A stretch of DNA of 64,000 nt from the NCBI GenBank assembly GCA_963831715.1, contig CAWHRB010000002.1, positions 139,655 to 203,654 of the forward strand. Direction: 5' to 3'. This document shows positions 44,907 to 54,713 of the stretch, piece by piece. The position numbers and the translations under genes were made by a program. The first letter of the stretch is position 1, and the number at the start of each line of letters is the position of its first letter. The notes beneath the pieces were generated by a model that worked only from the letters and a program-made list of their open reading frames with translations, had not been told where the DNA came from and ran no database searches. This DNA comes from an uncultured Chloroflexia bacterium. GTDB taxonomy: Bacteria > Chloroflexota > Limnocylindria > Limnocylindrales > CSP1-4.

Positions 44907-46922
44907 TCAATGGACCGCCACGCCTCGACGACCCGGCCAGGTCTCGATGCCGTGGAGATCGAGCGGCGGGAGGGCGTCGGCCGGCGTGAACCCGAAGACC
45001 GCGCCGAGGAAGCTGAGCCGTGCTTCGAGCGTCCGTCGTTGGGCGGTCTCCCCTCGGAAGCCGTGACCCTCACCCTCGAACGCGAGATAGGCATAGGGGA
45101 TCCCGCGCGCCGCGAGCGCCTCGGCAAGGACCTCGGCCTGGGCCGGCGGGACGACCTTGTCATCGAGCCCCTGGAGGATCAGTAGCGGGCACGAGATCGC
45201 GTCGAGATGATGGATCGGCGAGCGCTCCCGGTAGCGGTCGGCCATGGCCGGATAGGGCCCGACCAGTCGCTCCGTGTAGCGGGCTTCGAACTTGTGGGTG
45301 TCCCGAGCCAGCGACTCGAGGTCGGCCACGCCGAAGAGGCTGATACCCGCCGCGAAGACGTCGCGGAAGGCCAGCGCGGCCAGCGTCGTATAGCCGCCCG
45401 CGCTGCCACCCTCGATGGCGAGCCGATCGCCGTCGACGTCGCCACGGTCGACCAGGTAGCGGGCCGCCCCCACGCAATCGTCGACATCCACGACGCCCCA
45501 CTCGCCCTCGAGCGCCTGACGGTACGCCCGCCCGTAGCCCGTGCTCCCGCCGTAGTCGACGTCGACGACCGCGATACCCCGTGACGTCAGGTACTGGTAG
45601 GTCAGATCGAGCGCGTTGGTGGCGCTCGCCGTCGGTCCCCCGTGCGATCGGACGATGAGCGGCGGCAGCTCCCCGTCGGGTGCGACGGCATCGGGATTGG
45701 CCGGCCGATAGAAGAGGGCGTGGGCCATCCGGCCGCCGGCCGTCGGGAAGGTGATGGACTCGGGGATCGAGATGAAAGCCGGGTCGACCGCGACCGACGT
45801 CGAGTGGCGAAGCACGCCGGACGGCGCGAGGGTCGCCGGATCGAGCACGACGATCGAGGGCGGTTCCGTCGACGTGCCGACGTGGGCGACGATCCCCGGC
45901 GGACCGACCCGCATCGAGCCGATCTCGGTGTACGGCGATTCGACCTCGCCGATCACCTCGTCCGGCGAGATGTGGAACAGTCGGTCCCGGCCACGAGCCC
46001 GACCGACCGCGACGATCGAGCCACCGGGCAGGAAGCCGTACGAGGAGCGGTCGAACAGCCAGGCCGGATCGGCGAACTCGGCGTCGAGCGGCGACAGCGC
46101 CTCGAGGCGCGGGCCAGGTGCGAGGCGGTAGATGTTCCACCAGCCCGTGCGATCGCTGACGAAGTGGAGGACCCCATCCGGCGACCACTCCGGCTGGGCG
46201 ATCGATTCGTCGAGCCCGCCTCCGGCCAGATCGCTCGGACCGAGGCCGCCGTCGTCGGTGAACGTGGCGACCCGCAGTCGTGTCGAGTCCCAGGGCATGT
46301 CGGGGTGATCCCATTCGAGCCAGGCCAGCCGCCGCCCGTCGGGTGATGGCCGCGGAGCGGCGAGGAAATCCGGGCCCTCGTACAGGACTCGCGGCGGGCG
46401 ATCGCCGTCGAGAGCGATATCGACGATCGCCGAACGCGGTTCGCCATCGACGGCGTTGTCCTCGCGGATCGCCAGGAACCGGCGCCGGACCTGGTCGAAC
46501 CGGAGGTCCGCGTAGCGGTAGGCGCCCTCCGGGGTGATCGGCTGCGGGACGTCGTCGCCGGGGTCGAGCCGGTACAGCCGGCCGTCCGTCACGTTAGAGA
46601 AGAGCACCGTGCCGCCGGCCACCGTGACGGCACCGCCGCCGTATTCGTGCACGCGCGTCCGGACGTCGAATGGCGGCGGCGTGACGTCACGGGTCGTGCC
46701 ATCGGGCGAGTGGTTGACCAGCACGCTGCGACCGCCCTCGGCCGGCCGACCTTCGATCCAGTAGATCTCGTCGCCGTCGATCCACGGGTCGGTCAGCCGC
46801 ACGCTGCCGCCGACGAGGTCGTCGATGTGGATCGGCGATGGCCAGCTGCCGTACAGCAACGTGGCGGGTCCCGCTGCGGGCGGCTCGGCGCCGACCTCCT
46901 CGGTGCCTGCCTCCTCGTCCAT
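44907..46922 (-). CDS. S9 family (prolyl oligopeptidase / acylaminoacyl) peptidase
   Basis: HGGPT, EGGSAGG (catalytic Ser), QGLDDKVVP, EGEGHGFR and an N-terminal propeller. Confidence 0.92.
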   Translation of the reverse strand: MDEEAGTEEVGAEPPAAGPATLLYGSWPSPIHIDDLVGGSVRLTDPWIDGDEIYWIEGRPAEGGRSVLVNHSPDGTTRDVTPPPFDVRTRVHEYGGGAVTVAGGTVLFSNVTDGRLYRLDPGDDVPQPITPEGAYRYADLRFDQVRRRFLAIREDNAVDGEPRSAIVDIALDGDRPPRVLYEGPDFLAAPRPSPDGRRLAWLEWDHPDMPWDSTRLRVATFTDDGGLGPSDLAGGGLDESIAQPEWSPDGVLHFVSDRTGWWNIYRLAPGPRLEALSPLDAEFADPAWLFDRSSYGFLPGGSIVAVGRARGRDRLFHISPDEVIGEVESPYTEIGSMRVGPPGIVAHVGTSTEPPSIVVLDPATLAPSGVLRHSTSVAVDPAFISIPESITFPTAGGRMAHALFYRPANPDAVAPDGELPPLIVRSHGGPTASATNALDLTYQYLTSRGIAVVDVDYGGSTGYGRAYRQALEGEWGVVDVDDCVGAARYLVDRGDVDGDRLAIEGGSAGGYTTLAALAFRDVFAAGISLFGVADLESLARDTHKFEARYTERLVGPYPAMADRYRERSPIHHLDAISCPLLILQGLDDKVVPPAQAEVLAEALAARGIPYAYLAFEGEGHGFRGETAQRRTLEARLSFLGAVFGFTPADALPPLDLHGIETWPGRRGVAVH

Positions 46923-46967
46923 CCTCGGAACCCTAGCGCGTCCCGTCCCGACGCGAGCGCCCGGGCA

Positions 46968-48245
46968 TCAAGTGCCGTGCTGCCAGGAGGATACGTAGGC
47001 CGCCTGCTCGGGTGTCATGGGCTCGAGCTCGATGCCGAGCGCCGCAAGCTTGAGCCGGGCGACTTCGGCATCGATCGCCTCGGGCACGACGTACACCATC
47101 GGCTGGAGTTCGGCATGGTGCTTCGCGACGTACTCGGCGCACAGCGCCTGGTTAGCGAAGCTCATGTCCATGACGGCCGCCGGATGACCCTCGGCGGCTC
47201 CGAGATTGACCAGGCGGCCCTCGGCGATGAGGTGCAGCTTCTTGCCACCCAGGTCGAACTCCTGGACGTTGTCGCGGACCTCGCGAACGTGCCCCTCGGC
47301 GAGCTCGCGCAGCGCCGCCAGGTCGAGCTCCGCGTCGAAATGCCCCGAATTGGCCATGACCGCGCCGTCGCGCATCACCTCGAAGTGCTCGCGGCGGAAG
47401 ACGTTGAGGTTGCCTGTCGCCGTCACGAACAGCTCGCCCCAACGGGCGGCGTCGGCGTGGGTCATCGCCGCGAACCCGTCCATCAGCGCCTCCAGCGCCC
47501 GCACCGGATCGACCTCCACGACGGCGACGTGCGCGCCATGCCCCGACATCCGGGCGGCGATGCCCTTGCCGACCCAGCCATAGCCGGCGATGACGACTTT
47601 CCGACCGGCGATGAGCATGTTGGTCGCCCGGACGATGCCATCGACTGTCGACTGGCCCGTGCCATAGCGGTTGTCGAAGAGGTGCTTGGTGAGGGCCTCG
47701 TTGACCGCCACGACCGGGAAGCCGAGGGCGCCGTCGGCGGCCATCGCCTTGAGGCGGATCACGCCGGTCGTCGTCTCCTCCGTCCCCGCTAGCACCTCCT
47801 TGACCTGCTCCGGGCGGTCACTGTGCAGCAGCGAGACGAGATCGCAGCCGTCGTCCATCGTGATCTGCGGATGCGTGTCCGCGACGGACTTGAGGTGGTC
47901 GTAATACGTGTCGCGATCCTCGCCGCGTCGGGCGAACGTGGCGATCCCGTACTCGGCGACCAGCGCGGCGGCGACATCGTCCTTGGTCGACAGCGGGTTC
48001 GATGCGGCGAGGACCACGTCGGCACCACCGGCCTTGAGCGCTCGCATCAGGTTCGCCGTCTCGGTCGTGACGTGCAGGCAGGCCCCGATGCGCAGACCGT
48101 CCAGCGGCCGGTCGCGCTCGAACCGCTCCCGGATGAGGCGCAGGACCGGCATCTCGCGCTCCGCCCACTCGATGCGTCGGACGCCCTCGCCGGCGAGGCC
48201 GAGGTCGGTGACGTCGTGGGCGGGCAACGTGGTCGTAGCGGTCAT
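46968..48245 (-). CDS. ahcY: Adenosylhomocysteinase
   Basis: ACLHVTTETA, SNPLST, EETTTGV, KHLFDNRYGTGQS, NSGHFD, EGRLVNLG. Start set at MTATTTL (ATGA overlap). Confidence 0.96.
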   Translation of the reverse strand: MTATTTLPAHDVTDLGLAGEGVRRIEWAEREMPVLRLIRERFERDRPLDGLRIGACLHVTTETANLMRALKAGGADVVLAASNPLSTKDDVAAALVAEYGIATFARRGEDRDTYYDHLKSVADTHPQITMDDGCDLVSLLHSDRPEQVKEVLAGTEETTTGVIRLKAMAADGALGFPVVAVNEALTKHLFDNRYGTGQSTVDGIVRATNMLIAGRKVVIAGYGWVGKGIAARMSGHGAHVAVVEVDPVRALEALMDGFAAMTHADAARWGELFVTATGNLNVFRREHFEVMRDGAVMANSGHFDAELDLAALRELAEGHVREVRDNVQEFDLGGKKLHLIAEGRLVNLGAAEGHPAAVMDMSFANQALCAEYVAKHHAELQPMVYVVPEAIDAEVARLKLAALGIELEPMTPEQAAYVSSWQHGT

Positions 48246-49108
48246 CGGCGGTCGGTCTCCTTGCGGGCGAACAGGCGCCGCAACGGCGCCGTGATGTCGG
48301 CCCAAGGCGGGCCGAGTCGGTGGATCAAGCGCTCCTCGAAGCGGGCATGCTCGCTGTAGCCGAGGTGGCGGTACGCGTTGATGGCGGGCGGGTTGTCGGC
48401 GCGGACGTTGAGCACGACCTGGTCGCAGGTGCGCAACAACTCGGCGGTCACGGCCCCGGTGACGGCGGTGGCGAAGCCGCGTCCGCGATAGTCCATGTGG
48501 GTCAACACATTGCCCACGACCGCCAGCCGCGCGGTCGGGCTGATGACGTGCGTGCCGGCGGCAGCGATGAGGCGGCCGTTCACGCGCATGCCGAAGTAGA
48601 CGCCGTCGGCGATCGCCGTCGATGGGAGCCACGACGCGAACCCGAGCTGGTACAGCCGGTTGAGCTCCCCGATCTCGACCGGGAGCAGCCGCTGGACGGT
48701 CGCTGGATACGGCTGGAAGTGGGCGCGGTCGACCCACATGCGCACCATCTGGGGCCCCGCGTCGACGCGGTACTGCGTCTCGATCGCCGGTAGCATCTCG
48801 TGGCGGGCGGCGATATACGCGGCTCGGGGCCGGATCACGTCGCGCAGCACGGCCGTGATGCCGTCGGTGCTGCCCATCACGAAGACCGGCTGCGGCGTCG
48901 GGCCGGTGTACTCGAGACCCACCGCGACCAGCGCATCGTCCTCGTACGCGGCCGCCCAGCGCGTGCGGGCGAACTCCCGGTCCTCGAGATCGCACAACGC
49001 GTAGGCGGCATACAGCCGGTCCTGGCCGAGGAAGGACCGAAGGACGTCGCGCTCGGTCGTCTGGCGCGCGACCGTCATCGAGCGACGGCCGACGGCCACG
49101 GTGGCCAT
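48242..49108 (-). CDS. GNAT family N-acetyltransferase (FR47-like C-terminal domain)
   Basis: VGNVLTHMDYRGRGFATAV acetyl-CoA motif and LNVRADNPPAINAYRHLGY. Overlaps both neighbours. Confidence 0.85.
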   Translation of the reverse strand: MATVAVGRRSMTVARQTTERDVLRSFLGQDRLYAAYALCDLEDREFARTRWAAAYEDDALVAVGLEYTGPTPQPVFVMGSTDGITAVLRDVIRPRAAYIAARHEMLPAIETQYRVDAGPQMVRMWVDRAHFQPYPATVQRLLPVEIGELNRLYQLGFASWLPSTAIADGVYFGMRVNGRLIAAAGTHVISPTARLAVVGNVLTHMDYRGRGFATAVTGAVTAELLRTCDQVVLNVRADNPPAINAYRHLGYSEHARFEERLIHRLGPPWADITAPLRRLFARKETDRR

Positions 49109-50475
49109 CAGTCCGGCGCCCCGGCCAAGGCGGCGAACCCGGGTGCCGCCGCGCGACGGAGTTGGCGAGCTGCGACGGCGTGCGCCAACGAGGTCTCGTA
49201 CGGCGCGCGGAGCACGCCCTCGTCCGTGACGATCCCCGAGATCAGCTCGGCGGGCGTGACATCGAAGGCGGGATTGCGCACGTCGGTGTCCGGCGGCGCC
49301 AAGCGCACGCCGCGGATCATCAGAACCTCGTCGGCCGAGCGTTCCTCGATCGGGATGTCGGCCCCCGAGGCTGTCCCGAGGTCGATCGAGCTGACCGGGG
49401 CCGCGACGAGGAACGGGATCCCATGACGCGCGGCCAGCACGGCCAGCGGATACGTCCCGATCTTGTTGGCGGTGTCGCCATTTGCGGCGATCCGGTCCGC
49501 ACCGACGATCACGGCGTCGACCTCGCCGCGGGCCATCAGGTGGCCTGCCGCCACATCGGGGATGAGGCTGTGCGGCACGCCCGCCTGCGCCAGCTCCCAT
49601 GCCGTCAGCCGGGCGCCCTGCAGGTAGGGCCGCGTCTCATCGACCCAGACGTGGATCGGGCGACCTGCGTGGTGCGCGGCCTGGACGACACCGAGGGCCG
49701 TGCCGAACTGGCCGCACGCAAGCGGACCGGTGTTGCAGTGGGTCAGGATGCGGAGTGGCCCATCCTCCGGGAAGTCGAGTGCCTCCAGCCCGAACGACGC
49801 GAGCCGGCCGTGGTCCTCGGTCGCCTCGAAGACGATGGCATCGGCCTCGGCACGCACCGCCGCGGCGATCGCATCGCCGTCCTCCGACAGCTCCCCGATG
49901 GCCTCGTAGGCGGCCATGATCCGATCGACCGCCCAGCCGAGGTTGACGGCGGTCGGCCGCGAGCTGCGCAGGACGTTGGCTGCGCCACGGAACGTCGCGC
50001 GGCGGGCATAGGGTCGCGTACCGGCGTTGGCCTTGGCCGTCAGGGCCATGCCGAGAGCCGCGACCTGCCCGATGGCCGGTGCCCCCCGGACGATCATCTC
50101 GCGGATCGCATAGCCGACCTGGGCCGCCGATCGCGCCTCGAACTCCTCGAGGACGTCCGGGAGCTTGCGCTGGTCGACGATGTACAGGACGCCCGGACCC
50201 TCGCGGAACGGGGTGCGGAAACCGCTCGGCGCCGGTGGCGGGGCGGCGCGCTCCACCTGCGTGTACGACGACGGGTCGAGGATCGCGCCGGCCGCCTCTG
50301 CGGAGGCTCGCTGGATCGCCTGGGCCGCCCCGACGACCGTGGCCGCGCTGTGGACGACGTCCCCCGCGAACTGACGGAAGAACCGCCGCCGCCCCAGGTC
50401 GGCACCGCCATCCGTGGCCGACGGGGTCGGGTCGGTGCCAGGGAGGTCGGGGTCGGTGTGCGGCGAATCAGTCAA
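49108..50475 (-). CDS. mtnA: S-methyl-5-thioribose-1-phosphate isomerase with a long N-terminal extension
   Basis: IVDQRKLP, IVRGAPAIG, RPTAVNL, LTHCNTGPLA, ETRPYLQGARLTAWEL, ANKIGTY. TTG start. Confidence 0.9.
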   Translation of the reverse strand: MTDSPHTDPDLPGTDPTPSATDGGADLGRRRFFRQFAGDVVHSAATVVGAAQAIQRASAEAAGAILDPSSYTQVERAAPPPAPSGFRTPFREGPGVLYIVDQRKLPDVLEEFEARSAAQVGYAIREMIVRGAPAIGQVAALGMALTAKANAGTRPYARRATFRGAANVLRSSRPTAVNLGWAVDRIMAAYEAIGELSEDGDAIAAAVRAEADAIVFEATEDHGRLASFGLEALDFPEDGPLRILTHCNTGPLACGQFGTALGVVQAAHHAGRPIHVWVDETRPYLQGARLTAWELAQAGVPHSLIPDVAAGHLMARGEVDAVIVGADRIAANGDTANKIGTYPLAVLAARHGIPFLVAAPVSSIDLGTASGADIPIEERSADEVLMIRGVRLAPPDTDVRNPAFDVTPAELISGIVTDEGVLRAPYETSLAHAVAARQLRRAAAPGFAALAGAPD

Positions 50476-50499
50476 TCGCGCGACGGGCGAAGCGCCCGC

Positions 50500-51021
<522 letters not shown>

Positions 51022-51176
51022 CGGGATCGGGCCCTCCCTCGGGTGGCTGGACAGGTCGGCGGAGCGTGCCGTCACGGTGCGGGCGCGGGGCCGGCCGAAA
51101 GTCTACCGCAGGCGCGCCGCCGCTCCAGGGGGCGTGCATCCGAGCCGTCGGCGGCCCGCTCCTGGGAACGCCCTGG

Positions 51177-53046
51177 TCAGGACGCCCTGGTGCGGAACGA
51201 CCAACTCGTCGCGCTGAGCCGGTTGCCGCTCGGGTCCCTGATGGTGCTGCTCACGAACACGCCGTAGCGCTCGTTGCGGAACATCGACAGCGTCGGATCC
51301 AGGGTCGCCGTCCGCGAGCCGGCGGCATAGGTCACCTTGGCTCGGACCCAGGACCCGGTGCGCAGGTTCTTCAACCGCACCGTGGTCGACGAGACGCCCC
51401 TGACGGGCTCCGAGAACGTGACCTTGACCGATGTGCTGCGCACGACGCCCGTGGCATTTGCGTTCGGGTTGCGCGACCGGATCGTCGGCTTGGTCCTGTC
51501 GACGACCTTCACCCCAGCGCTCGTGGCGATGGCGATCTGGCCCTCCTCGTCGATGCCGATCACGGTCCAGCGGTAGCAGGCACCCGTGGCCAGGCCGGTG
51601 TCGAGGATCGGCGAGACGAAGTCGAGCACGACCTGATCGTCAGGGAACTCGAACTCGTCCGGGCAGGAGCCGCTGTTGAGGTTCCACTGCGTGCGCACCA
51701 GCTGCCCGGCGATGACCTCGTGGCTCGCGGTCCACGCCACGGTGTAGCTCGAACCGGACTGGGTCACGGTGCTCGTCGGCGAGGTGAAGGTGAACGTGAG
51801 GGGATCCGTGTTGCCCGGAGCCGGCTCGAGGTCGGGCAGCGGATCCGGCACGGGCTCGGTCAGGGCGGCGAGGACGTCCAGACGCCCAGAGCCGTAGCTG
51901 TTGTCACGTCCGGGCTCGCCGAGGTCGACGCTGCTCGTGCGGATGACCGCCTCGAGCTCGGCGACATCGAGCCCGGACCGGGCCGACCAGACCAGCGCCG
52001 CACCACCAGCGACATGGGGTGTCGCCATGCTGGTGCCGCTCGCCCGCTCGTAGTCCCCGAAGGCGGTCGACAACGTCTCGACGCCGGGAGCGGTGATGTC
52101 GACGCCGCGGTTGAAGGTCGAGAAGTCCGCCAGGGCGTCGGATCCGTCGACCGCACCGACCGAGACGACGCCGTGGAGCGCCGCCGGATATTCGATGAGC
52201 GGCGTCCCGGTGTTGCCCGAGGCGGCGACGGTCAGGATGCCGGCCGAGCGCGCGGCGCTGAAGGTCGGCTGGACGAGCGCGACCTGCGCGGGATCCAGGT
52301 CGCCACCGAGCGACATGTTGATGATGTCGGCGCCGTGCGTCCGCGCCCAATCGACCGCATCGAGCAGGTCCGCGAAGCTGCCGAATCCGAACTCGTCGAG
52401 GACCTTGATGGGCATCAGGGTGCTCGTCGGTGCGATGCCCGCGATGCCCTTCGCCGTTGTCGGTCTGGGCGAAGATCGTGCCGGCGACATGGGTGCCGTG
52501 CCCGGCATCGTCGGTGACGTCCGTGTTGTTCCAGATCTCGTTGCGGGGATGGACCACATCGACCCCGACGAGGTCGGGATGGGTGAGGTCGACGCCGCTG
52601 TCGATGACCGCGACCACGACGCCGGGATCACCCGTCGTGGTCGGCCAGGTCTCGGGAACGTTGATCTGATCGAGGTCGTCCTGGTCGCCGAAGTGAGGAT
52701 CGTCGGGCGGGTCGGCGGGCCAGTCGGACGCCGTGATCTTCGCGTCCGGGACGACGGCCAGGACGCGCGGGTCGTTGCGCAGGGCTCGCCCGACCGCGCC
52801 GGCCTTGCCCGAGTCCGCCGTCACGACCATGCGCTGGTCGGACCCCGTGCGAGCCGCGCGCCGGACACCGGCGATGCCGAGCTTCGCGGGCGCATGGTCG
52901 CGCCAGATGACGATGAACCGCCCGCCGGGCGCGGCGACGTCGCTGGCGCGCACATCGGGCGCAGCGGCCACGGCCGGAACGAACGCGGCAAGGGCGAAGA
53001 CGGTCGCAAGCACGACCGACATCGGGCGGCGGAAGCGTGATGTCAC
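51177..53046 (-). pseudogene. Secreted S8 (subtilisin-like) serine peptidase with a C-terminal Big_5-like domain, +1 frameshift near 52448
   Basis: VIDSGVD and HGTHVAG lie in one frame; IAGIAP, NMSLGG and GTSMATPHVAG lie in another. The junction GAAGGGCATCGCG has one extra G, and the span is 3n+1. Could be an assembly error. Confidence 0.75.
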
Positions 53047-53218
53047 GAGGCAGCTCCAGACGACATCGAAGTCCGGAGGCACACCCCCATGCGTGCCCTT
53101 GGTCGTCCGTCGTCGATGGCGAGTCCAGCGGACCATAGCGGCCCGGACCGGTCGAGACAATGGCCATCCCCATGATGGGGGCGTATCCGTGGTGCCGGGA
53201 GGCTACGGCTTTCGGGCG

Positions 53219-54647
53219 TCAGGCCTGGGTCGGCGCGAGCGCGCTCGCACGATCCGCGCTCCGGGCCGGATACAGCCGACCACCGATCGCGACGCCCAGG
53301 AGGGCGACGCCCACCGCGACGCCGAAACCGAGCGCCAGGCCCAGGGCCGGTTCGCCGACGCTCCGGACGGACGCCGCGACGAGCGCGCCGGTGATGCCGG
53401 TCCCGAGCGCCGTGCCGAGCGAATCGGTGAGGGAGATGGCGGACGACGCTCGGCCCTGCTCGGCCGTGGGCGCCTCTCGAAGCACGATCAGGGCGAGCGG
53501 CGAGTACGCCAGACCCATCGCATACCCGGCCACGGCCAGCGTCGGGATGGCCAGCCACGGTGAGACCTGGGGCGACAGCACGAAACCGAAGCTCGCCAGA
53601 CCGACGACCAGGACCAGCAGGCCGGCGCGGACGAACCGCTCCGGTGGCCAGCGCGACGAGTAGTGAGCCTGGGTCCACGATCCGGCCGTCCAGCTGATGG
53701 TGGCCGCGGTGAGGGCGATGCCCGCTTCCACCGGCGCGGAGGCCGCGCCACTCGACGAGCGCCAGCGCGACGTACGCATCGACCGCGAAGAAGGCGAAGG
53801 TGATGATCCCGCGCATCAGCACCGCGGCAGGCAGACCGCGGGCGGCGCGCAGCGTGCCCGCCGGGGTGAGCCGTCGAAGCGCGAAGATGGCGAGCATCGT
53901 GCCGACCGTCGCGAGGATCGCCAGCGGGATGACCTGACCGCTGGTCAGTCCAGCGAGCAGCAGACCCGTGCCGAGCGCGACGACGATGGCCAGCGGTGCC
54001 CGCTCTCGGAGCGTCGCGGCATTGGCGGCATCGGTCGGATCGGGGCCGATCTTGCGCACCGCCGGGAAGGCGATTGCCGACGAGAAGATGATGAGCGGCA
54101 GCAGCCCGAGGAACACCCAGCGCCAGCCGAACGCCTCACCGACGATGCCGGCGAGGGCCGGACCGAGGACACCCGGGATCACCCATGCGGTCGACAGCGT
54201 CGCGAACATCCGCGGCCGCAAGTGCTCGGGCAGGCTGCGCCCGATCGCCACGTACGCGATCGGCGGCACGGTGCCGGCGCCGAGACCCTGGAGGAACCGG
54301 GCGGCCACGAGGATCGGCATCGATGGCGCGAGACCGCCGATGATCAAGCCGATGGCGAACAGACCGATGCCGACCGCGAACGGACCGCCGAGCCCGCGGC
54401 GATCGATCAGCCCGCCGACCAGCACGATGCCGATCAGCGAGCCCAGCATGAACGCCGTGAACACCCAGCCGTACAGCTCGATGCCGTTCAGCTCGTCCGC
54501 GACGATCGGCATGATCGTCGACACCGCGAGGGCCTCGAACGCGACGAGCGTGATGGTGAGGACGAGCCCGAAGGTGAGGCTGCGCCGGCCCGGCGACCAC
54601 AGACCGCCGCCATCGGTCGTCGCGGTCCGGCGTTGGCTCACTGTCAT
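53219..54647 (-). pseudogene. MFS transporter with a +1 frameshift near 53740
   Basis: MFS N-terminus (LVAFEALAVSTIMP...GGLIDRRG...GRSLPEHLRPRMF) shifts frame after VEWRGL into PVEAGIALT. The span is 3n+1. Could be an assembly error. Confidence 0.72.
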
Positions 54648-54713
54648 GGTCCAAGTGTGCCGCGGTTGTCCGGACCGTGCCGCGGCGGCCGGCACCCAGC
54701 GCGGTCAGCCGGT

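Noticed and set aside
51022-51176. Possible SAH or SAM riboswitch upstream of apt-mtnA-ahcY
   Set aside because: Fragments such as CCAGGAGCG and GGCTCGG resemble the SAH motif, but the P1 pairing fails and they lie upstream of the likely -10 box (51100-51105). An Infernal scan would settle it.
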